In this document: positions 21,531 to 33,794 of the stretch, piece by piece
How positions within the stretch are numbered: position 1 is the stretch's first letter
Layout of the letters: every line of letters begins with the position of its first letter
From: Eledone cirrhosa
Taxonomy: Eukaryota
Reading direction: 5' to 3'
NCBI GenBank assembly: GCA_964016885.1
Contig: CAXHJY010001086.1
Location: 1 to 35,074, forward strand
DNA: 35,074 nucleotides
Notes under the pieces: model-generated
The model's input: only the letters and a program-made list of their open reading frames with translations
The model's database searches: none
What the model was told of the DNA's origin: nothing
Program-made: the position numbers and the translations under genes

Positions 21531-22250
21531 TGATCGTGAGATGGACTTTAGTACCTAACTCGATGGGCTGCCGCGGCTCTCGTCCACGCAGGCAAAGTGT
21601 TGCGGAAAGTCAATAACAGCGGCTGAGATACGGAAGGCAATGGCTGGATGCAAGAGGAGCAAATCACCTTGTTTGGATGATTTACACAACGAGCTTTTCA
21701 GTTGCATACCAAACTTGTCTGTCGACCTCTTGGTAGACTTCTACGGCAAATGGCCATAAAACGGGAGAATTCCCAGATCTGTGAGCCGTGGTTGCGGTAG
21801 CGCTGCTGAGAAAGGATCTGAAAGGGGTGGGGTCGAGGCAGGCCATTGATCAATTTAGGCCCATAAATCTACTAAATACAGATTTTAATGTTTTGGCGAA
21901 GATATTAGCGGTGAGGTTGGGGTTTGTCGTCGGTGATCTGGCAGGGGAACCTAAACATGCGCACACCCAAACAGATTCATCCACGACAACCTTCACCTCA
22001 AGCGATTCGAGAGGGTGGCTAAGGAACCTAACACGTGTGTGGCCTTGATCAACTTAAATCAACCAGGAGCGTTCGATAGGTTCGACCATTGCTAAGTGGC
22101 GGCAGTCCTCAATGCAGCCGGCATCATACCCGTTTTCAGAGGCTCGATCGCTGCAATGCACAGCAACATATGCTCAGTGGTTCGGGTGAACCGTTACATT
22201 TCGGAAGTGTTCAACATCATGGGCCTTTTCCGCCAAGATTCTCTCTCCCC
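21531..22250 (+). mobile_element. Decayed reverse-transcriptase fragment of an L1/Tx1-clade LINE
   Basis: Translations ITAAEIRKAM..CKRSKSPCLDDL, FRPINLLNTDFNVLAKILAVRL, IHDNLHL, ALINLNQPGAFDRFDH and VVRVN..ISEVF....FRQ..LSP, with stops and frameshifts. Confidence 0.9.
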
Positions 22251-22311
22251 GTGTAGGTTTTAATTTTCTATTTTTACCCGTATGAGATATATTAAAAATC
22301 ATCAGTTTTCA

Positions 22312-22358
<47 letters not shown>

Positions 22359-22499
22359 CATGCATACACACACGCGCACATACGCGTGTGTGTGTATGTG
22401 AGTGTATGTACATTCTCAAGTAATAATACGAAAGATAAAAAAGGACAGAAACACTTTTTTTTAATCAACTTCCGTTGTTTATTAAGTAATTACATAAAT

Positions 22500-22897
22500 A
22501 GATAGATAGATAGATTTCTTTATTAGCCACAAGGGCGCAACAAGAAAGGGGACAATACAAAGACATGCCGGGGATTTTACATACAGTCGTGTAAAAAATA
22601 TAAAAACAAACAATATCAACAATCGAAATCCCCAATAGCGGGAAGCGCCACAAATGGATTGTTTAATACCCCGTCGATAGAACAACCCTCAACTCCAGGA
22701 GTATGTTGTGCAAGTGCTCCTTTCTTCCTTTTTCTCTCTTCTTTAACCTACAGGCTTATATACAGAGAAGGCCCAATCACTCGGGCCATTTTTGTCACAT
22801 TCACCCACATTTCAGTAAATTTACAGGGGTGCAGTGCCTCTCTCTCCATTCTGATTCTTCTTCTAAAGTGGTATCTAAAGAAGGGAATGAGTTGTTG

Positions 22898-22898
<1 letters not shown>
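22500..22898 (-). mobile_element. 5'-truncated LINE (probably Tx1-like): ORF C-terminus, 3' UTR and (TATC)n tail
   Basis: Minus translation FFRYHFRRRIRMEREALHPCKFTEMWVNVTKMARVIGPSLYISL*; ends GTGGCTAATAAAGAAATCTATCTATC. Confidence 0.7.
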
Positions 22899-22961
<63 letters not shown>

Positions 22962-22974
22962 GGGGGGGGGAGAA

Positions 22975-23286
22975 AGATAGATAGATAGATAGATATATTT
23001 CTTTATTAGCCACAGGAGCACAAAGGAAGGGAACAAATACAAAGGGGGAAGTTTACATACAATAAAAACGTGTAAAATGTTATCACAAATGGAATTTAAA
23101 AAGTTAGTCGATTTTCCCCAATAGAGGGAGACAGTTTATATGGGTAACACATACCCCCGAAAAAAAATGTGCAACCCTCATCTCCAGGAGTACGAAGAGT
23201 TTGTACTCCTTTCCTCTCCTCCTCCTTTTCCTCAACCTACAGGCTGATATAGAGAGAAGGCCCATTCACTCGGGCCATTCTCGCCA
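22975..23286 (-). mobile_element. Second, shorter copy of the same LINE 3' end
   Basis: ARMARVNGPSLYISL* and the same GTGGCTAATAAAGAAAT plus (TATC)n tail. Confidence 0.7.
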
Positions 23287-23296
23287 AATTAACCAA

Positions 23297-23420
23297 AGAA
23301 GAAGAAGAAGAAGAAGAAGAAGAAGAAGAAGAAGAAGAAGAAGAAGAAGAAGAAGAAGAAGAAGAAGAAGAAGAAGAAGAAGAAGAAGAAGAAGAAGAAG
23401 AAGAAGAAGAAGAAGAAGAA
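23297..23420. repeat. Pure (GAA)~41 microsatellite
   Basis: Seen directly; only about 8 interrupted units at the paralogous site near 15321. Confidence 0.97.
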
Positions 23421-23422
23421 AT

Positions 23423-23643
23423 GTCGAGAGAGAGAGGTGGGAGTATCTAGATTAATCTGCCATCTAAATAGACTTTGTGATATGCAATCTGACATGGAAT
23501 ATACACTTTAAGATATGTAATCTCATAGATTTGAGGAAGATTGCACAAGGAAAGGAACTCTCTTGTTGTATTGAGACATAACACAGACTGAACTATAAAG
23601 ATCTCGAGAAATAGATGTAACGTGGGAAAGTCTTGTATCTGCG
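23423..23643. repeat. 221-bp dispersed module overlapping the end of GPCR copy 2
   Basis: Near-identical inverted copy at 33328-33546; absent from GPCR copy 1. Confidence 0.9.
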
Positions 23644-24726
23644 TATATTCTGCGTTGTGGATATTTGGTGGAATTCTTTGACGGAAGTCAACGATACTGT
23701 ACCGCCATTATCGTTCCGCTTCCGTTGGCTGGCTGTACTTTCACTGACTGACCAAGCAGTTTTAAACGGCTGCGATTGTGTTGTTAAAGAAGAGTTATTT
23801 TTCTTCCCACAACAGAACGTGCGAAGTTCTTTACGAAAAGTCGGGCCACTGGCCGAATATAAAATGAAGTTGACACTGTTTGAAAAATAGTACAAAACAT
23901 CAGAGACGCTTAAAGCAATAATAAGAATTTCATTTGCTTTAATGTACCTCGTGATAAATATCATGATACCGTATGGAAGTACTATGAGAAAATAGAGCAA
24001 GTTGATAAAGACCAGGATCCGCATGGTGTCGTTTGAAGCTTGACTCCTGTTGGCTTTCTTTTGCTGGGAATCTCTTACCAACAAACGATTCCTTAGTTTG
24101 AAAATAATCACAACACTGCAGACCAACAGTAATACTGCTGGTATAAAACAAAAGAAGACACTGTATATCAGTTCATAGATGATTTGATCGTAAGACGGTC
24201 GATCAACCAAGCAACGTGTAGTATTGCTTGGCGGAAAACTAACTAGTTTTAGCCAAAATAAGTTTACTGAAGTTATACAAGAAATAAATATGAATGTCGT
24301 TACCATAGCGATAATTTTTGATTTAATTTTCAAATTTATGCTGCTCCATATTGGAAAAGTGACACACACCATTCTTTCTGATGTTATGAGAACGGTTAAC
24401 CAAGAGGAATAAATCAGAGATGTCTGAGAGAGGTAAGGGATAAACTTACACAAGAATTCGTTTTGGATAACAACATTGAAGCCAGTGAGAATATAGATCA
24501 CCTTTGGTATGGCATCTGTAACAAGAACAACTAAATCATTGGCGACCAGTGTAATCAGATAGATGGACACCTGCATAGAACGCATACGAGGTCGCAGCAA
24601 GATGATGATGGAAATGATGTTACCTATGATTCCGAAACAGAAGAAAGGTAGACCTATATAGACCCACATTATATTACGGACCTCTCTGTAGAGATTATAG
24701 AAAATAGTGTCTGTATCATTCGCCAT
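23593..24726 (-). CDS. Intronless class A GPCR, copy 2 (377 aa)
   Basis: Same protein as copy 1 except I28F and a 16-aa C-terminal extension RRYKTFPRYIYFSRSL. Confidence 0.95.
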   Translation of the reverse strand: MANDTDTIFYNLYREVRNIMWVYIGLPFFCFGIIGNIISIIILLRPRMRSMQVSIYLITLVANDLVVLVTDAIPKVIYILTGFNVVIQNEFLCKFIPYLSQTSLIYSSWLTVLITSERMVCVTFPIWSSINLKIKSKIIAMVTTFIFISCITSVNLFWLKLVSFPPSNTTRCLVDRPSYDQIIYELIYSVFFCFIPAVLLLVCSVVIIFKLRNRLLVRDSQQKKANRSQASNDTMRILVFINLLYFLIVLPYGIMIFITRYIKANEILIIALSVSDVLYYFSNSVNFILYSASGPTFRKELRTFCCGKKNNSSLTTQSQPFKTAWSVSESTASQRKRNDNGGTVSLTSVKEFHQISTTQNIRRYKTFPRYIYFSRSL

Positions 24727-27052
24727 ATTTTTGTTTGAAATAAATATGAAACAAAAATAATAAATTAAAAAAACGTTAACTACTTTTGTTAAGTTATCCT
24801 GGCTTCTTTCTTTATCTTCTTTCTTTCTTTCTTTCTTTCCTTCCTTCTTTCTTTCCTTCTTTCATTTGTTTCTTTCTTTCTTTCTTTCTTTCAATTTCTA
24901 CCTCTTTATTTTTTGTCCAGTTTAATTTCTTCTTTCATTTGTTTCATCTGAGTTTTCTCTTGGATCCAGGGATTCTAATAAGAACAATAGATAAGTGTGT
25001 GCTCATTAGAATATAATGACACGAATAACTGAAAGACAGACATACAAATAGTCAGGAATCAATGAAATAGACAATGTACAATGTACACAAATGAAATAAA
25101 AGGTTTGGAAATATATATCGGTACATTAGATTAATACGTAAAACAGCTAAATACAAAAATAAGTTAATAGGTATTAATAGTATATCTGCCCTAATAATAT
25201 CTTATACTTCTATTCTCAGTAACGTACTGAATGACCTAACCATTAGAGAATAGATTAACAGGTAAAATAGAGTTGGGATTATCATTCACTAAATATTTTA
25301 AAAGGAGTCGATCGTAATATTGGACGAAGTAAACTATGTTTGAAAGTGGCATGAATATCACAACATCACATTTCTCTTCTAACAACTTTGTTTTGTACTC
25401 AAGAAAGTAGTCAATAATTACCTGGAGAATTAAGGTGGGAATTTAACGTCCTATGTATTGAAAACGTGTTTCTATTCTGCTTTTTGTTGTATCTTTCTTA
25501 TATAATTCTGTGTTGAAATCATTCTAATGTCAGTCATTCTAAGTAAACACGATTAAACGTTTTAATTGTTTTGTGATGTAAATCTTTGTTTGATTAACTT
25601 TGCTGTATGGCAGATAGACGTGTGGTTATGTTGCCTTCAGATCCTTTTATACATTGGAATATTTGCTCGGTAAAGGTTTCACGGATAAACGAGTGGTTAC
25701 CTTAGCGTGATTTTCATAGAGGAGCTCTTTTCTTACTGAGTAAATGTTTACCACTGTTGACTCCAGAGAGGCTGGACTTCAAATATGGGTCTGTGACGGG
25801 TAAATGTGGGTTCATTTTTACACACCCCCCCCCCCCCCCCCAGTTTAAATTAATTGAAGCGTTGGGTAATTTGTTAGGGAAATGTTGGTCGAAGATGGAC
25901 CTCAAACGGTTGGTCTTTCAAGAGTAAATGTGCGTTTGTGATAGACTCAAAGGAGCTTGATTTCATCGTTGGGTCTGTGAAAGGTAAATGTGTCGTATGT
26001 GTTGGACTTAGGGTTGCAACAAAAAACCACTTAGTTTCCTCTCTGCGCTCAACGGACTCAATAGGATGCAGTGTAAGCCAAAAATATGTAAATATGAAAA
26101 AGGAATAAAAACAAAATCACTTCAATTAGCAATGTTCTCTATTCTGTAAGATGGAGATATACAAGCAAGTATTTAATTAACAATAGTATATCTTTTTCAT
26201 CTCTCTTCTCCTCTAAATACAGAAGAGCTAAACCTTTAAAACTTCTATTACTCCATTAACATATTTCTAGTGAAATACACTACCTATTATTTCTAAATCA
26301 TTGGAGAATTCAGTAATATAACTAATTGTTTTTCCTTAAGTTGTTTTTTTGTAACATAACTTAACAAAGGATCTTATATAAAGTTATGATGGGAGTACAA
26401 ACATTTTAAAATATATAGTTTTGTATCGTAGAAGCAGGAGCGGTTTCATGTGGCTTGGTATAAAATAGATTTAATTAATGTTTGTAACATAACTTAACAA
26501 AGGGTCTTATATAAAATTATGATGGAAGGGTTTTAGATAAGTACAAACAATTTAAAATATATTGTTTTGTATCGTAGAATCAGAGGCAGTTTCAAGTGGT
26601 TTGGTATCAAATGTTTTAATACACAAATATTATGGAAGAACACTTACTTAATCAATTTCACTTTTGAGTTTGTTCTCGCTTCACTGTTCCAGTGGACAAA
26701 ATGGCGAATACAATATATAAACTTTGCTCCCAAAACAAAAAACAAAATGAGTTTGGAAAGAAGATTACGATTGGTTGATGAAGTTGTTCATTTTCTGGAG
26801 GTTTATTTAATCTGATCCTCTGACCGGAGAAACATTTAAATAAATAAATTTAATAAATACATAAAAACTGGATTGTTGCAAATACATTTTACAAGTGTAT
26901 AAACAGCAACAACAACAACAGCAACGACGACAGCAACAACAATAACAACCATAACAACACTATTAATTTCAACATCTATGTATTGTAGAAACCACGTGAA
27001 CACCTTTACTATTGTTATTGTTAACACTTAAGATTTAGTTGTTGTTGTTGTT

Positions 27053-27349
<297 letters not shown>

Positions 27350-27744
27350 AAATTATAAAAAACGAAAGAGCTGTGTGGTTACTGTAAACAAAGTTTAAGA
27401 TGGTAGTATTGACGAAACAAGAGAAGAAAAGAAATCTTTCATCAGCTGTAAAACCAAGATTACGATGTTTCGGCGCTTAATACAGGACTTCTAAAAACGA
27501 TCAGCGGCGCGCCCAAGGCCTTTTCTCAATCAAAAGGCCAGGAGGGAAAGAAAAGAAAAAAGAAGAAAAAGAAGAAGAAAAAAAGGGAAAGGTAGTGAGG
27601 AGAGAGGAAGAAAGAGAAAAAAGCAGTTAAACAGACCATATATATATATATACGTCAGTCCCCACTCTCGAGCGTGAAACTAATACTAATATCATTTGTA
27701 CTGTCTCTTCGTTTATCTGTTTGTTGTTCTCTGTTTATTTATTA

Positions 27745-27797
<53 letters not shown>

Positions 27798-27835
27798 GAA
27801 AAGAGTCAGGACCCCGACGTCTGATAGCGCGGTGA

Positions 27836-29150
27836 CTTTCATTCACTAAATATTATAAAAGGAGTCGATCGTGAGATCGAAACAAGTTAATTATGTGTAT
27901 ATTATAGAACACCCCTCCATTTCACTCAGTTTATTCGTGTGCTATCTACTAATCAAACCTATGATGGAAGTACAAACAGTTTAAAATCTATAGTTTTGTA
28001 TCGTATAAACAGGAGCGGTTTACTATTAAATAGATTTAGTTAATGTTTGTAATATATCTTAACAAAGGGTCTTATATAAAATTATTATGGAAGTACAAAC
28101 ACTTTAAAATATATAGTTGTGTATCGTTTAAGCAGAACCATTTTCAGTTGGTTTACTATCAAATAGATTTAGTTACTGTTTGTAACAACTTAACAAATAA
28201 AATTATATAAAATTATATTGGAAGTACGAACACTTTAAAATATATAGTTTTGTATCGTATAAAGTTTCAGGTAGTTTAGAATCAATGTTTGTAACATAAC
28301 TTAACAAAGGATCTTATATAAAGTTATGATGGAAGGTTTTTAGATAAGTACAAACACTTTAAAATCTATAGTTTTGTATCGTATAAACAGAAGCGTTTTC
28401 AGGCGGTTTAGAATCAAATATATTTAGCTAATGTTTGTAAGATAATTTAACAAAGGGTCTTATATAAAATTATATTGGAAATATATAGTGTTGTATCAGT
28501 TTGGTATCAAAAGGTTTAATACATAAATATTAAGGTAGAAGAACACTAACTTAATGAACATCACTTTGTCTTTATTCTCGCTTCCTGATCTCAATGGACA
28601 GAATAGTGAATGTTTTATAAACAAGAAAAGTGTTAAAAGAAACCTTCGATTGTTTTTTTATGAAGGTTTTCGTTTTCTGTTTTGTTTTATTTTGTTTTGT
28701 TTGTAATCTCCTCTCTGGATAAATCTAATCTGGTTGAAGAAACCTGAATGAATAAAGAAATAAAATGTTTCTTTGTCTTTTTCTTTGTCTTTTTTTCTTT
28801 TTCTTTCTCTTTTTCTTTTTCTTTTTCTTTTCTTTCTCTTTTTCTTTTTCGTTTTTCTTTCTCTTTTTCTCTGTCTCTCTCTCTTGTGTCTCTTCCTCTG
28901 GACAAATGGAAGCTGGCTGAAGTAACAGTTACTTAAATAAATAAAGATAAATAAAACACTAGATTGTTGCAAATAAATCTTACCAATGTATAAACAACAA
29001 CAACAGCAGCAGCAACAGCAACAACAGCAACAACAACCACAACAACAATAACAACCATAACACTATTAACAACACTATTGTATTGTAGAAACCACGTGAA
29101 CGCCTTTACCATTGTTATTGTTAACACTAAAGATTTAGTTGTTGTTGTTG
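27836..29150. repeat. Third, partial copy of the GPCR-upstream block, including ~5 diverged 110-145-bp tandem units (27960-28530)
   Basis: 27839 matches 17043/25282; ATGATGGAAGTACAAACA..TTAAAAT units match 20321/26386; 28893-29150 matches 20884-21530 and 26836-27050. Confidence 0.85.
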
Positions 29151-29289
29151 TCGTTGTTGTTGTTTTTCTTCTTCTTCTTCTTCTTCTTCTTCTTCCTCCA
29201 TCATCATCACCATAGAAGGAAGGCGATGATGATGATGATGATGATGATGAAATTATTTCAGCTGTTGTTACTGTCACTAATGTATACTA

Positions 29290-29347
29290 ATGTATATATG
29301 TACACACACACACACATATACACACATATATGCACAGACACACATAC

Positions 29348-29398
<51 letters not shown>

Positions 29399-29787
29399 CA
29401 TACACACAGACACACACATATATATATATATATACACATATATATATATATAGAGAGAGAGAGAGAAAGAGAAACGGACAGATAGTATATATATATATGT
29501 GTGTGTGTGTGTATATATATATATGTATGTATATATATGTGTGCGTATATATATATATGTGTAATATATGTGTGTGTGTGTATATGTATGTATATATATA
29601 TATATGTGTATGTATATATATATATGTGTGTATATATATATATATATGTGTGTATGTATGTATATATATATATGTGTGTATATATGTGTGCATGTGCATG
29701 TATGTAATATATATATATATATGTATGTATATATTTGTGTGCGTGTGTATATATGTGTGTGCATGTATGTATGTGTATGTGGGTATG

Positions 29788-29832
<45 letters not shown>
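29290..29832. repeat. Mixed (CA)/(TA)/(GA)/(TG) microsatellite
   Basis: Seen directly. Confidence 0.93.
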
Positions 29833-29833
<1 letters not shown>

Positions 29834-30139
29834 GCTGGTATTATAGAAAGTTTCTCAATTTAATTCTTCAATGACAGTATTAAATGTTCTTTAATGACAT
29901 CATCAATAACAACAACAACAATAACAACAAGAATCACATCAGCCCCACCCCACCAGGCTTCATCATCCACCCTAATCTCCACACCCACCCTCTCACAAGT
30001 GATATTCAACTACTCTATCACCCCCACCTACTAATCACCTGTCCCTATTAAAGTACCTTAACTCTACACCTACCAACAGCAACACCAACAACAGCATCAT
30101 CATCACCCCCGTCACCGCCACTAAAAACAACACTACCAC

Positions 30140-30365
30140 ATTCACCACCACCACCACCATCTCCACCACCACCACCACCACCACCACCACTACCACCTCC
30201 ACCACTACCATCTCCACCACCACCACCACCACCACTACCATCTCCACCACCTCCACCACCACCACACCACCACCACCACCACCACCACCACCACTACCAT
30301 CTCCACCACCACCACTACCACCACCACCACCACCAACAACAACAACAATAATAACAACAACAACA
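30140..30365. repeat. (CCA)n/(CAA)n tract
   Basis: Seen directly. Confidence 0.93.
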
Positions 30366-30588
30366 GACATAGGTTATTTTTTTCTCTAATAGTAACTAAA
30401 ACTGTTTGCTATCCACTTAATATCTTTCATAATATCAACAGAGACTGTGAGAGAGGGGGAGTGACAGAGAGAGAGGGAGAGAGAGAGGGAGACAGAGAGA
30501 GATAAGAGGTTTAAATAGAGACGTAGTATATGAGAGGAGAGAGATATTGAAATAGAGGCAAAGAGAGTGAGAGTGACAGAAGAGAAAT

Positions 30589-30636
<48 letters not shown>

Positions 30637-30690
30637 GATGAGGAAGGAGAGAGAGTTGATGAAGATAGATGAAGGGGAGAAATGACAACT

Positions 30691-31179
30691 ACCACCAGAT
30701 GTCACATCTAAACATCACTGTCCACCAGAGTGCCACTCACCAATTCCCGCCACTACCTCACTCTCACTCACCACCAGATGTCACATCTAGACATCACTGT
30801 CCACCAGAGTGCCACTCACCAATTCCCGCATCTACCTCACTCTCACTCACCACCAGATGTTACATCTAAACATCACTGTCCACCAGAGTGCCACTCACCA
30901 ATTCCCGCATCTACCTCACTCTCACTCACCACCAGATGTCACATCTAAACATCACTGTCCATCAGAGTGCCACTCACCAATTCCCGCATCTACCTCACTC
31001 TCACTTACCACCAGATGTCACATCTAAACATCACTGTCCATCAGAGTGCCACTCACCAATTCCCGCATCTACCTCACTCTCACTTACCACCAGATGTCAC
31101 ATCTAGACATCACTGTCCACCAGAGTGCCACTCTCCAATTCCCGCCACTACCTCACTCTCACTCACTAGTAGATGTTAC
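30691..31179. repeat. 79-bp minisatellite, ~6.2 copies
   Basis: Unit ACCACCAGATGTCACATCTARACATCACTGTCCAYCAGAGTGCCACTCACCAATTCCCGCATCTACCTCACTCTCACTY; ORF starts recur every 79 bp (30730, 30809, 30888, 30967). Confidence 0.97.
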
Positions 31180-31727
31180 GTACATACATATATAGCTATA
31201 TGCATAGACATACACATACATACACTCATACATACACACACACTCACATACATACATACATATATATACATACACACACACTCACATACATACATACATA
31301 CATATATACATATATACATATGAAAATATGGGTGAGAAGAATACTGATATACATACACACACACTCACATACATATATACATACACACACACTCACATAC
31401 ATACATATATACATGTACACACATGGATTAAGTACTTTAACCTTGAGACCAATAAACATTGTTTTGTGAGATCGATTCTTAAATAGCCCCAATCATTAAC
31501 CTTCTATTGTCTTTCTTTAAATCTATCTTATTTCGACCTTTGTTATTTCGGTAAGATCCAACAATGATTGATTTCCTATCTCCGACTATTAAGATTTGTA
31601 ATCATTGCCTACGTATCGAACAATGAAATCACAAGATCGATATATAATGTGTCCAGGAAAAATACTCTCTGTTTTGTTATATTACACTTATGTCTACTTT
31701 ATTTAATGGCTAATAAATACTATATAA

Positions 31728-31920
31728 TATAATTGTTTCTACTTTTGGCACAAGACCAGCAATTCACCAGTACATTACTGGTACTTTATTTTATCGACCC
31801 CGTAAGGATGAAAGGCAAATTTAACCTCGGCGGGATTTGAACTCATGTCATAAAGGGCCGTAACTCTCTGCTGCAAAGTATGGCATCCGACCCTCTACCG
31901 ATACTGCCAATCCACCGCCC
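31728..31920 (-). mobile_element. Full-length family A SINE
   Basis: Reverse complement begins GGGCGGTGGATTGGCAGTATCGGTAGAGG and ends GTAGAAACAATTAT. Confidence 0.9.
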
Positions 31921-32399
31921 AACAACAATAACAACACTGTCACCCGACAGTCTTTGGTATTATTACAGTTGTATGTCTTGTTTCCTTTTAGTGTTGCTTT
32001 TCTTTCTTGCATTTCCCGTCCATTGAGTAAGAGAGCTTACTTCATTGAGCTCTGTACTAAACATATAACTATTAAAAGACCTAGTAAATACTATTAGATA
32101 CTGCCGAATAAAGAGCCGACATTTTTATGTATTTTTTATGAATTTCTTATGTATTTTTATGCATTTTTATGTATTTATTATGTACTTTTTAATGCTTTCA
32201 CATTTTTTAATTTTACATTCTACATTTTGAGTGCCATCTACTGTGTCTTCATCTTGTTGAATCCAATTGTACCTTGGTATTTTGCAGTGATGCTTAGTAG
32301 CCCAAGCATGAACCTCTTTGTTAGCTATCTCCAACCCCCATATTATTTTTTCTGATTGTTCATGTGACTGAGTTATTGTGGAGCTTATACTCAACATGG

Positions 32400-32459
32400 T
32401 ATTCGTTGAGCTCTGATGATTCCTGCCTAAAGGTGAGGATGAAACATTGTTAATGAATA
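32400..32459 (+). ncRNA. Hammerhead-ribozyme-like motif (type I, minimal stem III), probably imperfect
   Basis: TATTCGTT-gagct-CTGATGA-TTCCTGCCTAAAGGTGAGGAT-GAAAC-ATT-GTT-AATGAATA. Confidence 0.5.
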
Positions 32460-33049
32460 AAGACTGTTTGAGTATGTAAGCGTTCTTTGGTTTCTTTTGT
32501 ACATATATATATATATACACATTTTTTATCATGTGCTAAAAAATGACGTTGGGGGGACAAAATATTTGCAGTTTGGCTCCCCCACAACCCCGGAGGAGAG
32601 AATGGTTTTCCTCCAAGTCTAAGGTCGGATATATTTTCGACAGACTATGTATTCTGCACCCATTCAGATGTATTTTTCTCGCTCCCAGACTCTGGATGTA
32701 TATATGTATTATGAGAACCAGTTTTAAATGGTCTATTGTTGAAACTCGGCTCAAGTGTTTCATTCTTCTCCTCTGTATTTTCATTTCTATTCTTTCCTTT
32801 CCGTTTTCCTCAATTTTCTTTTGTTACTAAAACGCTGGGTATATTTTCATGACCTGATTTTTTTATAGAAATATTTATTCCGATTTGAAAGGTAATAGAA
32901 TTTATATTGACCTGCATAAATGCCTATATTTCGAATAATAATCAAACTGAGTGAACAGATTAGCTTTTTCTTTCGTCGCATGCTCAGCAATGTGGCTTTT
33001 GTGGCTTTGAGGTCATTAAGTTTTCAATTGTTCATTATTTTTATGAATG

Positions 33050-33128
33050 GTCGGGCGCCATGCTTTGCAGCAAAGAGTTACGGCCCTTTATGGTCTGAGT
33101 TAAAATCCCGCCCAGGTTAACTTTGCCT
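33050..33128 (+). mobile_element. Family A SINE 5' fragment
   Basis: GCCATGCTTTGCAGCAAAGAGTTACGGCCCTTTATGGTCTGAGTTAAAATCCCG. Confidence 0.8.
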
Positions 33129-33270
33129 GAACGAGTAAACAATCGTCCTTGTTTTATTTTATTTTACTATAATACACTCCGTCTAGCTCTACACCTCGAC
33201 ACTGAAGTGAACCTAAACATCGAGTGCTCACCCGGGTGAACCTACTGTGAAACTCCAAGTTACACTCCCT

Positions 33271-33325
<55 letters not shown>

Positions 33326-33327
33326 CA

Positions 33328-33593
33328 CAGATACAAGACTTTCCCACGTTACATCTATTTCTCGAGATCTTTATAGTTCAGTCTGTGTTATATCTCAATA
33401 CAACAAGAGAGTTCCTTTCCTTGTGCAATCTTCCTCAAATCTATGAGATTACATATCTTAAAGTGTATATTCCATGTCAGATTGCATATCACAAAGTCTA
33501 TTTAGATGGCAGATTAATCTAGATACTCCCACCTCTCTCTCTCGACATTTCTTTTTCTTCTTCTTCTTCTTCTTCTTCTTCTTCTTCTTCTTC
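33328..33593. repeat. Inverted copy of the 221-bp module plus (TTC)n tract
   Basis: Reverse complement of ~23375-23641; the ORF track shows the same [28 protein letters not shown] peptide at both loci. Confidence 0.92.
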
Positions 33594-33653
33594 CAGAATA
33601 AAAGGACCATTAAAAGTATTAACCCTATTTGGGATATCCCTTCTTCCTTCACA

Positions 33654-33713
<60 letters not shown>

Positions 33714-33750
33714 ATACATACATACATATATATAGATATATATGTGTCTG

Positions 33751-33794
<44 letters not shown>

